Below are positions 32,904 through 40,804 of a stretch of DNA of 40,804 nt, one piece after another (position 1 is the stretch's first letter; each line of letters begins with the position of its first letter). Below the pieces are notes generated by a model. It made no database searches, was not told the DNA's origin, and saw only the letters and a list, made by a program, of their open reading frames with translations. This DNA comes from Pyrinomonadaceae bacterium (GTDB lineage Bacteria > Acidobacteriota > Blastocatellia > Pyrinomonadales > Pyrinomonadaceae). Both the position numbers and the translations under genes were made by a program. Where the stretch lies: NCBI GenBank assembly GCA_041940665.1, contig JBGTRS010000001.1, positions 1 to 40,804 of the forward strand, read 5' to 3'.

Positions 32904-35384
32904 ATGCTTGAAAAAGAGAAATGGCAAAAAGCAAAAGAGATTTTCCAAACGGCTTTGAATTTACCTTCTGCCGAACGCCCGGCGTTTATCGAAAAAGCAT
33001 CGGACGGTGATGAGCAGATAAAAATGGAAGTCGAAACGCTTCTCGAAGCCCACGAAGAAGCCGGAGACTTTATCAACAAATCCGCTTTTTCGGTCGCGGA
33101 TTTTGTCACCGATACGCCGAAAACATCTTTGATCGGACAAAAGATCGGTGTCTATGAGATCGAACGCCAGATCGGCCGCGGCGGGATGGGGGCGGTTTAT
33201 CTGGCCAGACGAGCCGACCAGACTTTCGATAAACGGGTCGCTGTAAAGCTGATCAAACGCGGTTTCGACACGGATGAAATTATCCGCCGTTTTCGAAATG
33301 AACGACAGATCCTTGCCGGTCTCGATCATCCAAACATTACACGCCTGCTTGACGGCGGAGCGACAGATGACGGTCTGCCCTTTCTCGTTATGGATTTTGT
33401 CGAAGGCGAACCGCTGACAAAATTCAGCCGGCAACAAGAACTTTCAATAAAGGAGCGTTTAGAACTTTTTCTTAAAATCTGCTCAGCGGTTCAATATGCT
33501 CATCAGAATCTGATCATTCACCGAGACTTAAAACCCTCGAATGTTTTGGTCACAAACGACGGCACACCGAAACTGCTCGATTTCGGTATCGCCAAACTCG
33601 TTGCCGATGAGTCACAGGCGGAAACAATGAACACTTTGACGCGGGTGATGACACCGGAATATGCTTCGCCCGAACAAATTCAAGGAAAACCGATCACGAC
33701 CTCATCGGATGTTTATGCGTTAGGCGTTATTCTTTACGAACTGCTGACGGGAGTGAGACCTTATAAAATTAAAAGCAGAAGTGCGGAAGAAATCTCGAAG
33801 ATCATTACCGACAGCGAACCGGTCAAGCCGAGCGATGTAATTCAAGACGGGGAGAGGGGGAGACGGGGAGAACGGGAGAGTAAGAAAAACTCCCCATCTC
33901 CCCCTCTCCCGTTCTCCCCGTCTCAACTAAGGGGTGATTTGGACAACATCGTTCTGATGGCGATGCGGAAAGAACCCGAACGCAGATATTCATCGGTCGA
34001 GCAATTTGCCGAAGACATCAAGCGTTATCTAAATGGCTTGCCGGTCATTGCCCGTCAAGACAGTTTTGCTTATCGCACATCAAAATTCATAAACAGAAAC
34101 AAGGTCGGCGTGGCGGCGGTCGGCGGAGTCGCCGTTTCGCTCATTGCCGGAATTTTGACGACGACCAGGCAAGCCCGCATCGCCCGCCGACAACGCGATA
34201 AAGCCGAAAAGATCAACAAATTCCTGCAAAAAATGCTCAGTTCCGCCGATCCGCGTGCTGTCGGCAAAGACGCAAAAGTCGTCGAAGTCTTAAAGATCGC
34301 CGCCGATTCGGTCGAAAATGATTTTGCCGGATCGCCCGAAATTGTCGCCGATCTACGCACGACCATCGGTCTGACGTTTTTGAGTATCGGACAGATCGAG
34401 TCTGCCGAACCGCATCTCGCCGAAACCCTGGAAATCCGCCGAAAGCTTTTCGGTTTGGAAAATCCCGAAACGGCCGTAAGTTTAAATAACTTCGGAAAAT
34501 TACTGCAGGCCAAGGGCGATCTGAAACGGGCGGAAAAACTTTTCCGGCAAGCTCTAAAGATTCTGCAAAAGGTTCATCGAAATGATTCGATGGAATCTGC
34601 CGAAGTGCTTGGCAATCTCGGTTATCTTTTGATGCTCGAAGGAAATTACGAGGAAGCGAAAAATCTGCATCACGAGAAACTGAAAATCATTCGCCGGATT
34701 TCGGGCGAAAAAGATTCGGAATTTGCCCAGACATTGAGCAGTCTGGCAAACGTCTATTCTGTTACGGGCGATAAAAAAACCGCCGAAGCGATGCACCGCC
34801 AGGCTCTTCGTTTAACGCAGAAACTCTATGACGTTGAACATCCGGATACCGCCACGGCGATGCTTCATCTGGCGATTACGATCATTCCTACAAAACCCGC
34901 CGAAGCCGAATCTTTGTTTCGTCAGACCTTGGCTTCCCGCCGCAAATTCTTCGGCGAGGGACATACCGAAACCGCCTGGGCGATCTATTATCTCGGCGAT
35001 GTTTTCCTGCGAAATGGAAATTATGAACGAGCCGCCGAATGTGCGACGGAGATTCTCAATTGGCGTGGAAATTCGATTCCCGAAACGCATTCGGTCATCA
35101 ACAGTACACTTTTGATGCTGGGAAGATGTTATCTGGGTATAAATCAAACGACCGAAGCCGAACCGCTTTTGCGTGAATGTGTGAAATTAAGAAAAGAAAC
35201 CCTGCCGGCCGATCATTGGCTGATCGCCACCGCCGAAGGCTATTTGGGAGAATGTCTTCGGCAGTCGGGCAAAGTTGAAGAAGCCGAAAATTTATCGCAG
35301 AAAAGTTATAAAACTTTGTTGGATAAATTAGGCAAAGATCACGAACATACCGTACTCGCCCGGAAAAGACTCGACAAATTTTAA
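32904..35384 (+). CDS. Ser/Thr protein kinase with a TM segment and C-terminal TPR repeats
   Basis: 826-aa ORF. Hanks motifs are GRGGMGAVYLA, VAVKLIK, HRDLKPSNVL, DFGIAKL and TPEYASPEQ. A TM helix (VGVAAVGGVAVSLIAGILTT) is followed by TPR_12-like repeats. It contains the palindromic insert at 33846-33922. Confidence 0.9.
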   Translation: MLEKEKWQKAKEIFQTALNLPSAERPAFIEKASDGDEQIKMEVETLLEAHEEAGDFINKSAFSVADFVTDTPKTSLIGQKIGVYEIERQIGRGGMGAVYLARRADQTFDKRVAVKLIKRGFDTDEIIRRFRNERQILAGLDHPNITRLLDGGATDDGLPFLVMDFVEGEPLTKFSRQQELSIKERLELFLKICSAVQYAHQNLIIHRDLKPSNVLVTNDGTPKLLDFGIAKLVADESQAETMNTLTRVMTPEYASPEQIQGKPITTSSDVYALGVILYELLTGVRPYKIKSRSAEEISKIITDSEPVKPSDVIQDGERGRRGERESKKNSPSPPLPFSPSQLRGDLDNIVLMAMRKEPERRYSSVEQFAEDIKRYLNGLPVIARQDSFAYRTSKFINRNKVGVAAVGGVAVSLIAGILTTTRQARIARRQRDKAEKINKFLQKMLSSADPRAVGKDAKVVEVLKIAADSVENDFAGSPEIVADLRTTIGLTFLSIGQIESAEPHLAETLEIRRKLFGLENPETAVSLNNFGKLLQAKGDLKRAEKLFRQALKILQKVHRNDSMESAEVLGNLGYLLMLEGNYEEAKNLHHEKLKIIRRISGEKDSEFAQTLSSLANVYSVTGDKKTAEAMHRQALRLTQKLYDVEHPDTATAMLHLAITIIPTKPAEAESLFRQTLASRRKFFGEGHTETAWAIYYLGDVFLRNGNYERAAECATEILNWRGNSIPETHSVINSTLLMLGRCYLGINQTTEAEPLLRECVKLRKETLPADHWLIATAEGYLGECLRQSGKVEEAENLSQKSYKTLLDKLGKDHEHTVLARKRLDKF
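33846..33922. repeat. 77-bp G-tract/C-tract palindromic element inserted in-frame in the kinase CDS, flanked by TCAA direct repeats
   Basis: The left arm is GACGGGGAGAGGGGGAGACGGGGAGAACGGGAGAG, the loop is TAAGAAAAAC, and the right arm is TCCCCATCTCCCCCTCTCCCGTTCTCCCCGTC. 33862-33880 is a perfect 19-nt reverse complement of 33904-33922. TCAA occurs at 33842-33845 and 33923-33926. The element plus one TCAA is 81 nt (27 codons). Confidence 0.8.
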
Positions 35385-35416
35385 CATGATTTTCAATACC
35401 GGATTGTCTGCTGAAT

Positions 35417-35995
35417 TTACTGGATCATTGATTGAATCTGCTTCACAATCTCGTCAATACGAGGGATATATTCTCCTTCTGTCGAGACTTTGATCGTAGG
35501 AACATCCAATTCCGGAACTGTGTAACCGCCGGGTGATAAAAATTCGCCCGTCTTCCTGAAATGAGCAACCCGATTATCACCGTGATAAAACTCCCGATTC
35601 GGATCAGCCAAGCCTCGTTGAAGATGACGTTTTGCGGCAGCCGAATCATCAATCGAACATAAAATAATCATCGGCAAACCTAATTCAAGAATGCCAGGCA
35701 TCCGGAACTCCCAAACACTGTGTTGAAATGCGGCTTCGATGACGACGGAGATCTTATTCGCAAGATATTGATTTACTGTGGCAAAGAAAAAGTCGGAAAT
35801 CAAAGCATTTGTGTCGGGCGGAAGATCGTCGTGTTTTATCCGGAAGGTATTGACGTAACCCTCTTTAATTTCATCGCGGCTGATCACGGGCATCCACAGG
35901 CGTTCCCCAAGTTTTTTGGCAAGAGTGGTTTTCCCTGCTCCGGCCCGGCCGGTGATGATGATACACTTTGGTTTTCTGGTTATGTTTCCCGTCAT
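35417..35995 (-). CDS. P-loop ATPase/kinase (AAA_33 / zeta-toxin-like fold)
   Basis: 192-aa ORF. Walker A is ITGRAGAGKTTLAKKL, followed by ISRDEIKEG. It starts 20 nt after the stop of the upstream kinase gene, so the two are probably co-transcribed. Confidence 0.7.
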   Translation of the reverse strand: MTGNITRKPKCIIITGRAGAGKTTLAKKLGERLWMPVISRDEIKEGYVNTFRIKHDDLPPDTNALISDFFFATVNQYLANKISVVIEAAFQHSVWEFRMPGILELGLPMIILCSIDDSAAAKRHLQRGLADPNREFYHGDNRVAHFRKTGEFLSPGGYTVPELDVPTIKVSTEGEYIPRIDEIVKQIQSMIQ

Positions 35996-36015
35996 CCTTC
36001 CAATATCTAACCTTT

Positions 36016-38439
36016 TTATTTATCCAACCCGACCTTTCTTATCAAATCCCGAAAACGCGGATCATCCCGCAGGTCGTCAACGAGCGGTTCGACGTTCAAA
36101 AAAGGCATAAATCCGGAACGTTCCTTGTAAGCCTTTTCAAACCACTCGAAAGTTTTGTCGAAATCCTTTAAGCCGAGATAGATGACGGCGAAATTGTATG
36201 ACGGAACGAATTGTTTTTCGGCTATCTTTTCCAAGTTTTCCAAAACATCCGAAGCCTTTTCCGTTTCTTCCGCGATGCCGTAGGCAAAACCCAAGTATGC
36301 TTCAAAGGCAAGACCGCCGCTCGAGAATTCGACGGCCTTTTGCAGAGCGTTGATCGCTTTTTCCGTTTCGCCTTTTTGCAGAAATGCGAGTCCTAAATTC
36401 CGATAGGCAAAGGTTGAATTTTTTTCCATTTCGAGAGCCTTCCGGCATTCGGCGATGGCTTTGTCGAATTCGCGGGCAAAGTAAAATCCGTAACCGAGAG
36501 AGATGTGCGAAAACGGCGAAAGCGGATCTAGTTGCTGGACTTTTTGACATTGCTCGATGGCTTCCCGGTGCCGTCCCATTGCTTTCAAGTAAAACCCGTA
36601 ACCGTCGTAGGCGTTCGGATAATTGGGCGAAAGTTCGACGGCACGTTTGAATTGTTTTTCGGCTTCCGCAAAATCCCAATCGTAGAGCAGACTGCAAAAA
36701 CCGAGCGAACAATGAGCTTCGCCGAGCGTTTCGTCTATTTCGAGAGCCTTCAAAGCGGCGGCCTTGGCTTTCGGATAAGCTTCCGAAGGCAGCCAACCGC
36801 CGGTCGAAGAAGCTAAGAAACCATACGCTTCGGCAATTCCCGAATAGGCGAGAGCGTAGTTCGGGTCGAGATCAATCGCCTTTTGAAAAAATTCGATGCC
36901 TTTTTTGATCCATTCTTCCGTGCGTTTGGCCGTCACGAAATATCTGCCTTTCAGGTAAAAATGATAGGCCTCGATATTTTCCGTGTAACGTTTGACCAAT
37001 TGCCCGGTGTGTTCGCCCGTGATCTTCAGCCGCAGAGTCTCGCTGATGTCGCCGGCAATTTCTTCCTGAAGCGTGAAAATATCGGTCATTTTATGGCGGT
37101 AGCGTTCGCCCCAGATCTGCGATTCGTTTTTGATGTTGATCAATTCAGTCGTAACGACCAGGGATTCGCCGATCTGCAGAATTCTCCCCGCCAGAACCGC
37201 ACAAACGTCCAACTCTTCGCCGATCTTTTGCGGATCTTCGGTTTTGTCTTTGTATCGAAAAACCGTGCTTCGCGGAATGACCCGCACATCTGAAACACTC
37301 GAAAGCGTGTTGATGATCGATTCGGTAATGCCGTCGCTTAAATATTCCGTGTTCGCATCTTTACTGCCGTTGACCAGCGGCAGAATCGCTAAGGATTCGA
37401 TCCGGTCTGCAGAAGAAATGATCCGGGTTGACTGAAAGGAATCCGGCGAAAAAATTGCCGTTTCTCTTTCCGAATGATCGGTCTCGACCTCGGCAATATC
37501 GGGCAGTTCGCCCGAATCCTTCACCCGTTTTAATTCCGATTCAAACTCGATTCGTTGTTTGAGTTTTCTCAGATCCGTCAGAAATTCTCCGATCGTCTGA
37601 TAGCGTTCTTCGATCTTTTTCGAAAGTGCTTTGGAAACGCAAAGATCGAGTTCGGAAGAAGCGTTTTTGAAATATTCTTTTAGGGGTTTCGGGTTTGTCT
37701 GCAAGATCGCGGCGATGACATCGCTGACCGTTTCGCCGGCAAAAGGAGTCTGTCCGGAGATCATTTCATAGACGACGATGCCGAGACTGAAAATATCGCT
37801 TCGCGTATCAACCTGTAAGCCTCTCGCCTGCTCCGGCGACATATAATTTGCCGTTCCGAGAATCATTCCCGGATTCGTGAGCGACGCGGAAATAATTTCC
37901 CCTTTTCCCTTTTTCCCTTTCTCCCTTTCTTGCAGTTTGGCCAGACCGAAATCCAGAACCTTGACGTAGCCGTCGTGTCTGACCATTATATTTTCGGGTT
38001 TGATGTCGCGGTGAATGATTCCCGCCTCGTGTGCCGCCATGAGAGCATTGGCAATCTGGACGGCGATGTCGAGCGATTTTGTTAAATTTAGAGATCTATT
38101 TTTAATGTGTGTGCGAAGCGTTTCGCCGGCGACATATTCGGTGGCGATGAAATTGATGTCTTCCGTTTTGCCGATGTCGAAAATAGTTAAGATGTTCGGA
38201 TGATTGAGAGCCGAAGCTGAATACGCTTCACGCATAAATCTTTCGACCGCCGAATTATTTTTGACAAGTTTCGCGGGCAAAACCTTGATCGCCACATCAC
38301 GTTTGAGCCGCGTATCGCGGGCGTGATAGACCTCGCCCATACCGCCGGAACCAATGGCGGATAAAACCTCGTAATTCCCGAATTTTTCACCGATTTTCAA
38401 CACGATTTTTTTAGTGAAAGCATTATAACATTGTTTCAT
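36016..38439 (-). CDS. Ser/Thr protein kinase with a TolB_N-like middle domain and C-terminal TPR repeats
   Basis: 807-aa ORF. Motifs are GSGGMGEVYHA, VAIKVL, HRDIKPENIM, DFGLAKL and GTANYMSPEQ. The middle region is SLAILPLVNGSKDANTEYLSDGITESIINTLS. Multiple TPRs follow (AIDLDPNYALAY..., AVELSPNYPNAY...). Confidence 0.9.
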   Translation of the reverse strand: MKQCYNAFTKKIVLKIGEKFGNYEVLSAIGSGGMGEVYHARDTRLKRDVAIKVLPAKLVKNNSAVERFMREAYSASALNHPNILTIFDIGKTEDINFIATEYVAGETLRTHIKNRSLNLTKSLDIAVQIANALMAAHEAGIIHRDIKPENIMVRHDGYVKVLDFGLAKLQEREKGKKGKGEIISASLTNPGMILGTANYMSPEQARGLQVDTRSDIFSLGIVVYEMISGQTPFAGETVSDVIAAILQTNPKPLKEYFKNASSELDLCVSKALSKKIEERYQTIGEFLTDLRKLKQRIEFESELKRVKDSGELPDIAEVETDHSERETAIFSPDSFQSTRIISSADRIESLAILPLVNGSKDANTEYLSDGITESIINTLSSVSDVRVIPRSTVFRYKDKTEDPQKIGEELDVCAVLAGRILQIGESLVVTTELINIKNESQIWGERYRHKMTDIFTLQEEIAGDISETLRLKITGEHTGQLVKRYTENIEAYHFYLKGRYFVTAKRTEEWIKKGIEFFQKAIDLDPNYALAYSGIAEAYGFLASSTGGWLPSEAYPKAKAAALKALEIDETLGEAHCSLGFCSLLYDWDFAEAEKQFKRAVELSPNYPNAYDGYGFYLKAMGRHREAIEQCQKVQQLDPLSPFSHISLGYGFYFAREFDKAIAECRKALEMEKNSTFAYRNLGLAFLQKGETEKAINALQKAVEFSSGGLAFEAYLGFAYGIAEETEKASDVLENLEKIAEKQFVPSYNFAVIYLGLKDFDKTFEWFEKAYKERSGFMPFLNVEPLVDDLRDDPRFRDLIRKVGLDK
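37899..37930. repeat. Four tandem 8-nt units inside the kinase activation-loop coding region
   Basis: The plus strand reads CCCCTTTT CCCTTTTT CCCTTTCT CCCTTTCT. The sense (minus) strand reads AGAAAGGG AGAAAGGG AAAAAGGG AAAAGGGG, encoding QEREKGKKGKGE directly after DFGLAKL. Confidence 0.75.
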
Positions 38440-38526
38440 AGATGAAACAATGTTTCTTTCTTTGTTTTTTATTCACCAAAGATATTTGGTATTCTTCTAC
38501 AAAAACATCAACTATTCAAAGTAAAT

Positions 38527-39204
38527 ATGACAAAAAACAGTTCCGTATATGTCAACGAGATCGCCGGGACATTCAAGAAAAATGCCGTTCCCGAAAACAT
38601 TCCGTGGATGAAAAAATATATGAAAAACCGCTTTGAATTCTTCGGCATAAAATCGCCGGAACGCAAAATCATTTTAAATGAATTTTTTGCGGAAAAAGGG
38701 TTGCCAAAATTTGAGGATTTGGATGCAATAGTTAATGAATTATTTAATTTGCCCGAACGCGAATTTCATTATTTTGCTGTCGAGCTTTGCGGAAAATTCA
38801 AAAAAAGATGGACTGCCGCATCACTCACACTTTTTGAAAAAATGGCGACCACAAAATCCTGGTGGGATTCGGTTGATTATATAAAAAGCGTCTGTTTGAA
38901 AGATTACTTTTTGAGATTTCCCGAAAACCGACGCGAGATCACACAGCGTTGGATCAATTCGGAAAATATTTGGTTACAGCGTCTGAGCATTATCTTTCAA
39001 CTCGGTTACAGAGACAAAACCGATGTCGAATTATTAAAAAGGAACATTTTGCAATTGAGTGATTCAAAGGAATTTTTCGTGCAAAAAGCGATCGGCTGGG
39101 CTTTGCGGGATTATGCGAGAACCGATGCTGAATTTGTAAAGAACTTTGTAGCCGAAAATGATCTAAAACCTTTGAGCGAACGCGAGGCTTTAAAGAATCT
39201 CTGA
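38527..39204 (+). CDS. DNA alkylation repair protein (AlkC/AlkD-like HEAT-repeat family)
   Basis: 225-aa ORF. Family-typical strings are MKNRFEFFGIKSPERK, WWDSVD, LQRLSIIFQL and QKAIGWALRDYAR. Confidence 0.8.
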   Translation: MTKNSSVYVNEIAGTFKKNAVPENIPWMKKYMKNRFEFFGIKSPERKIILNEFFAEKGLPKFEDLDAIVNELFNLPEREFHYFAVELCGKFKKRWTAASLTLFEKMATTKSWWDSVDYIKSVCLKDYFLRFPENRREITQRWINSENIWLQRLSIIFQLGYRDKTDVELLKRNILQLSDSKEFFVQKAIGWALRDYARTDAEFVKNFVAENDLKPLSEREALKNL

Positions 39205-39371
39205 AAAACTTTTTGCAGCATTCAATAAATATGACATCATTTTAATCTCGAATACAAAACGGTTTGTCAGAGATTTGATGCTGACTATCACAAATACCTG
39301 TTTTTAGGTTCTTAATGGACATAAAGTCTAGATCAATTTTGTATTAATATTAAACGAACAGGAGATAGTTT

Positions 39372-40181
39372 ATGAAAAGACTTGCACTTATATCTATTTT
39401 TTCGATTTTAGCTTTTACGGTAATTTCTGCTCAAACAAAAGGTAAAAAGGAAACACCCAAACCCGATAAACAAACGGGAACGGGAAACGAGGTGAGTTTC
39501 AAATCAAAGGATGATGTAACGCTTTTTGCCGACATCTACAACTCTAAAAAGGGGAAATCCGCACCTTTGATAATGCTTTTTCATCAAGGCGGCGGCGATG
39601 CGAGAGGCGAATATATGCCTTTAATCCCGCGTCTGCAAAAAGAAGATTACAACATAATCGCGGTTGATCTGCGGACAGGCGGAAATCGTTTTGAAAGCGA
39701 AAACAGAACCGTTGTAAATCTAAAAGGCAAAGAATACGGTTACTGTGAAGCTTATCCCGATCTGGAAGCCACGCTTGATTTTGCTAAAAGCGAAGGTTTT
39801 ACAGGCAGACGAGTTGCCTGGGGAAGCAGTTTTAGTGCCGCTTTGGTTTTCCAACTCGCCGCCAAACGCGGAGAAGATCTGGCGGGAATTCTGGCATTTT
39901 CTCCGGCTTCGGGCGGTCCGATGACCGAATGTAAACCCGATCTGTTTGCCGCAGACGTTAAAATTCCAACGCTTGCTTTGCGTCCGAGATCGGAGATGCA
40001 GAGTGAAGCATCGCAGAAACAATTTGAAACATTCAAAAAACATCAGATTCAAACTTATATTTCGGAGAACGGCGTTCACGGCTCTTCAATGCTCAATTCC
40101 GCAAGCGTCGAAGGAAGCGTCGAAGAACATTGGCAAGTTGTTTTAGACTTTATAAAACAGACGTTCGGCAAAACGGAATAA
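39372..40181 (+). CDS. Secreted alpha/beta hydrolase (dienelactone-hydrolase-like)
   Basis: 269-aa ORF. AGGAG lies 8 nt upstream. It has a signal peptide (LISIFSILAFTVISAQ), an HQGGGD segment and a nucleophile-elbow-like VAWGSSFSA. Confidence 0.65.
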   Translation: MKRLALISIFSILAFTVISAQTKGKKETPKPDKQTGTGNEVSFKSKDDVTLFADIYNSKKGKSAPLIMLFHQGGGDARGEYMPLIPRLQKEDYNIIAVDLRTGGNRFESENRTVVNLKGKEYGYCEAYPDLEATLDFAKSEGFTGRRVAWGSSFSAALVFQLAAKRGEDLAGILAFSPASGGPMTECKPDLFAADVKIPTLALRPRSEMQSEASQKQFETFKKHQIQTYISENGVHGSSMLNSASVEGSVEEHWQVVLDFIKQTFGKTE

Positions 40182-40317
40182 AATGTCTGAACCGAAACAT
40201 TATCAAAACAGGTTCGTAAAAACATTGACACCGAAAATTTAGCTTGTCAGCCGTTGCGATAAGCTGTTAAATTCATATTTGTAATAATAAAAAATCGAAG
40301 GAGTCCTAAAAAAAATT

Positions 40318-40804
40318 ATGAAACGCAAAAGTATCTTTTTCGCGGCATTTTTAATGGCCGCCGTCTTTTTCGCATCAACGAACACGGGAAATGCCGAAGA
40401 TGTTTTTCCGGTCGGAACGAAACTCGATAATTTTACGATGCCCGCTCCCGATGGCAAAGAGCATTCGTACAATGATCTGAAGGGCGAAAACGGAAGCTTG
40501 ATCGTTTTTCTTTCGATCCAATGTCCGGTCGTTAAATTATACGACGACCGCATCAACGAGATCGCCGAAGCTTATCAAGCCAAGGGCATAAACTTTATCG
40601 GCATCTATTCAAATCATACCGAACCCGCCGCGGATGTTCTCGAATACACCAAAGGAAAATACAAATTTCCCGTTCTGATCGATAAAAACAATGTCTTTGC
40701 GGACAAACTCGGGGCGACCAAAACGCCGGAAGTTTATTTCTTTAACGCCGATGATGTTCTCGATTATCACGGGGCGATCGACAACGACCGCTACGGTAAA
40801 AACA
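40318..40804 (+). CDS. Secreted thioredoxin-fold redoxin family protein, 3'-truncated by the window edge
   Basis: It is absent from the ORF track because it has no stop in the window. GGAG lies about 15 nt upstream of ATG 40318. My manual translation gives MKRKSIFFAAFLMAAVFFASTNTGNAEDVFPVGTKLDNFTMPAPDGKEHSYNDLKGENGSLIVFLSIQCPVVKLYDDRINEIAEAY...TPEVYFFNADDVLDYHGAIDND. This is a redoxin-like pattern with a single Cys in QCPV. Confidence 0.75.
   Translation, partial: MKRKSIFFAAFLMAAVFFASTNTGNAEDVFPVGTKLDNFTMPAPDGKEHSYNDLKGENGSLIVFLSIQCPVVKLYDDRINEIAEAYQAKGINFIGIYSNHTEPAADVLEYTKGKYKFPVLIDKNNVFADKLGATKTPEVYFFNADDVLDYHGAIDNDRYGKN

Noticed and set aside
40239-40556. The 105-aa minus-strand ORF at the right edge.
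   Set aside because: It is antisense to an open plus-strand frame that has a GGAG RBS, a signal peptide and a thioredoxin-fold pattern running to the window end. The minus-strand translation has no recognisable features.

Overview
The window is a 40.8 kb chromosomal segment from a Gram-negative-type bacterium. I found no rRNA, tRNA, CRISPR array, transposase, integrase or obvious phage genes. A TIGR02999-type ECF sigma factor sits next to TPR Ser/Thr kinases, and there is a HAF-type repeat protein and many secreted proteins or lipoproteins. That content fits an Acidobacteriota-like lineage best, but this is inference without a database search.

Gene layout:
- 1-9256 (+): polysaccharide biosynthesis and decoration cluster. 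It holds an epimerase, a GT4 glycosyltransferase, a SAM methyltransferase, a NodU/CmcH carbamoyltransferase, a polytopic membrane protein, an AsnB-type amidotransferase, a formyltransferase-like protein and a CE4 deacetylase.
- 9270-14892: secreted or periplasmic enzymes. These are a PQQ sugar dehydrogenase, an M28 peptidase, a small secreted protein and a YVTN beta-propeller lipoprotein, followed by the non-secreted MsrA.
- 14950-19905 (-): a stand-alone vWA protein, then a photolyase/cryptochrome module. The module is an inverted-topology photolyase, a 49-aa DUF2256 zinc ribbon missing from the ORF track, a COG3046/FeS-BCP-like protein with no cluster cysteines, and an amine-oxidase-like flavoprotein.
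- 20016-23720 (-): a 1234-aa GltD/NfnB-like plus PyrK/NfnA-like fusion oxidoreductase with an unassigned N-terminal domain.
- 24013-27508: a Wzc-type tyrosine autokinase and RfbD.
- 27574-32145: a zinc-ribbon/PH membrane protein, a lytic transglycosylase, a soluble PRC-MgtE_N-CBS protein and a HAF-repeat secreted protein.
- 32272-38439: a signalling island with the ECF sigma factor, two TPR Ser/Thr kinases and a P-loop kinase.
- 38527-40804: an AlkD-like repair protein, an alpha/beta hydrolase and a 3'-truncated redoxin.

The most unusual signal is at the DNA level. Several short (about 73-140 bp) palindromic elements have internally repetitive arms.
- A 77-bp G-tract/C-tract palindrome flanked by a TCAA duplication (81 bp, 27 codons) is inserted in-frame in the first kinase.
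- The second kinase carries four tandem 8-nt units, a sense-strand G-quadruplex motif, in its activation loop.
- A 76-bp palindrome with 10-bp periodic arms sits 7 nt upstream of the DUF2256 start codon.

Two genes, the EPS membrane protein and the M28 peptidase, each need one extra nucleotide near a short A-run to restore the frame. They are either pseudogenes or assembly indels.
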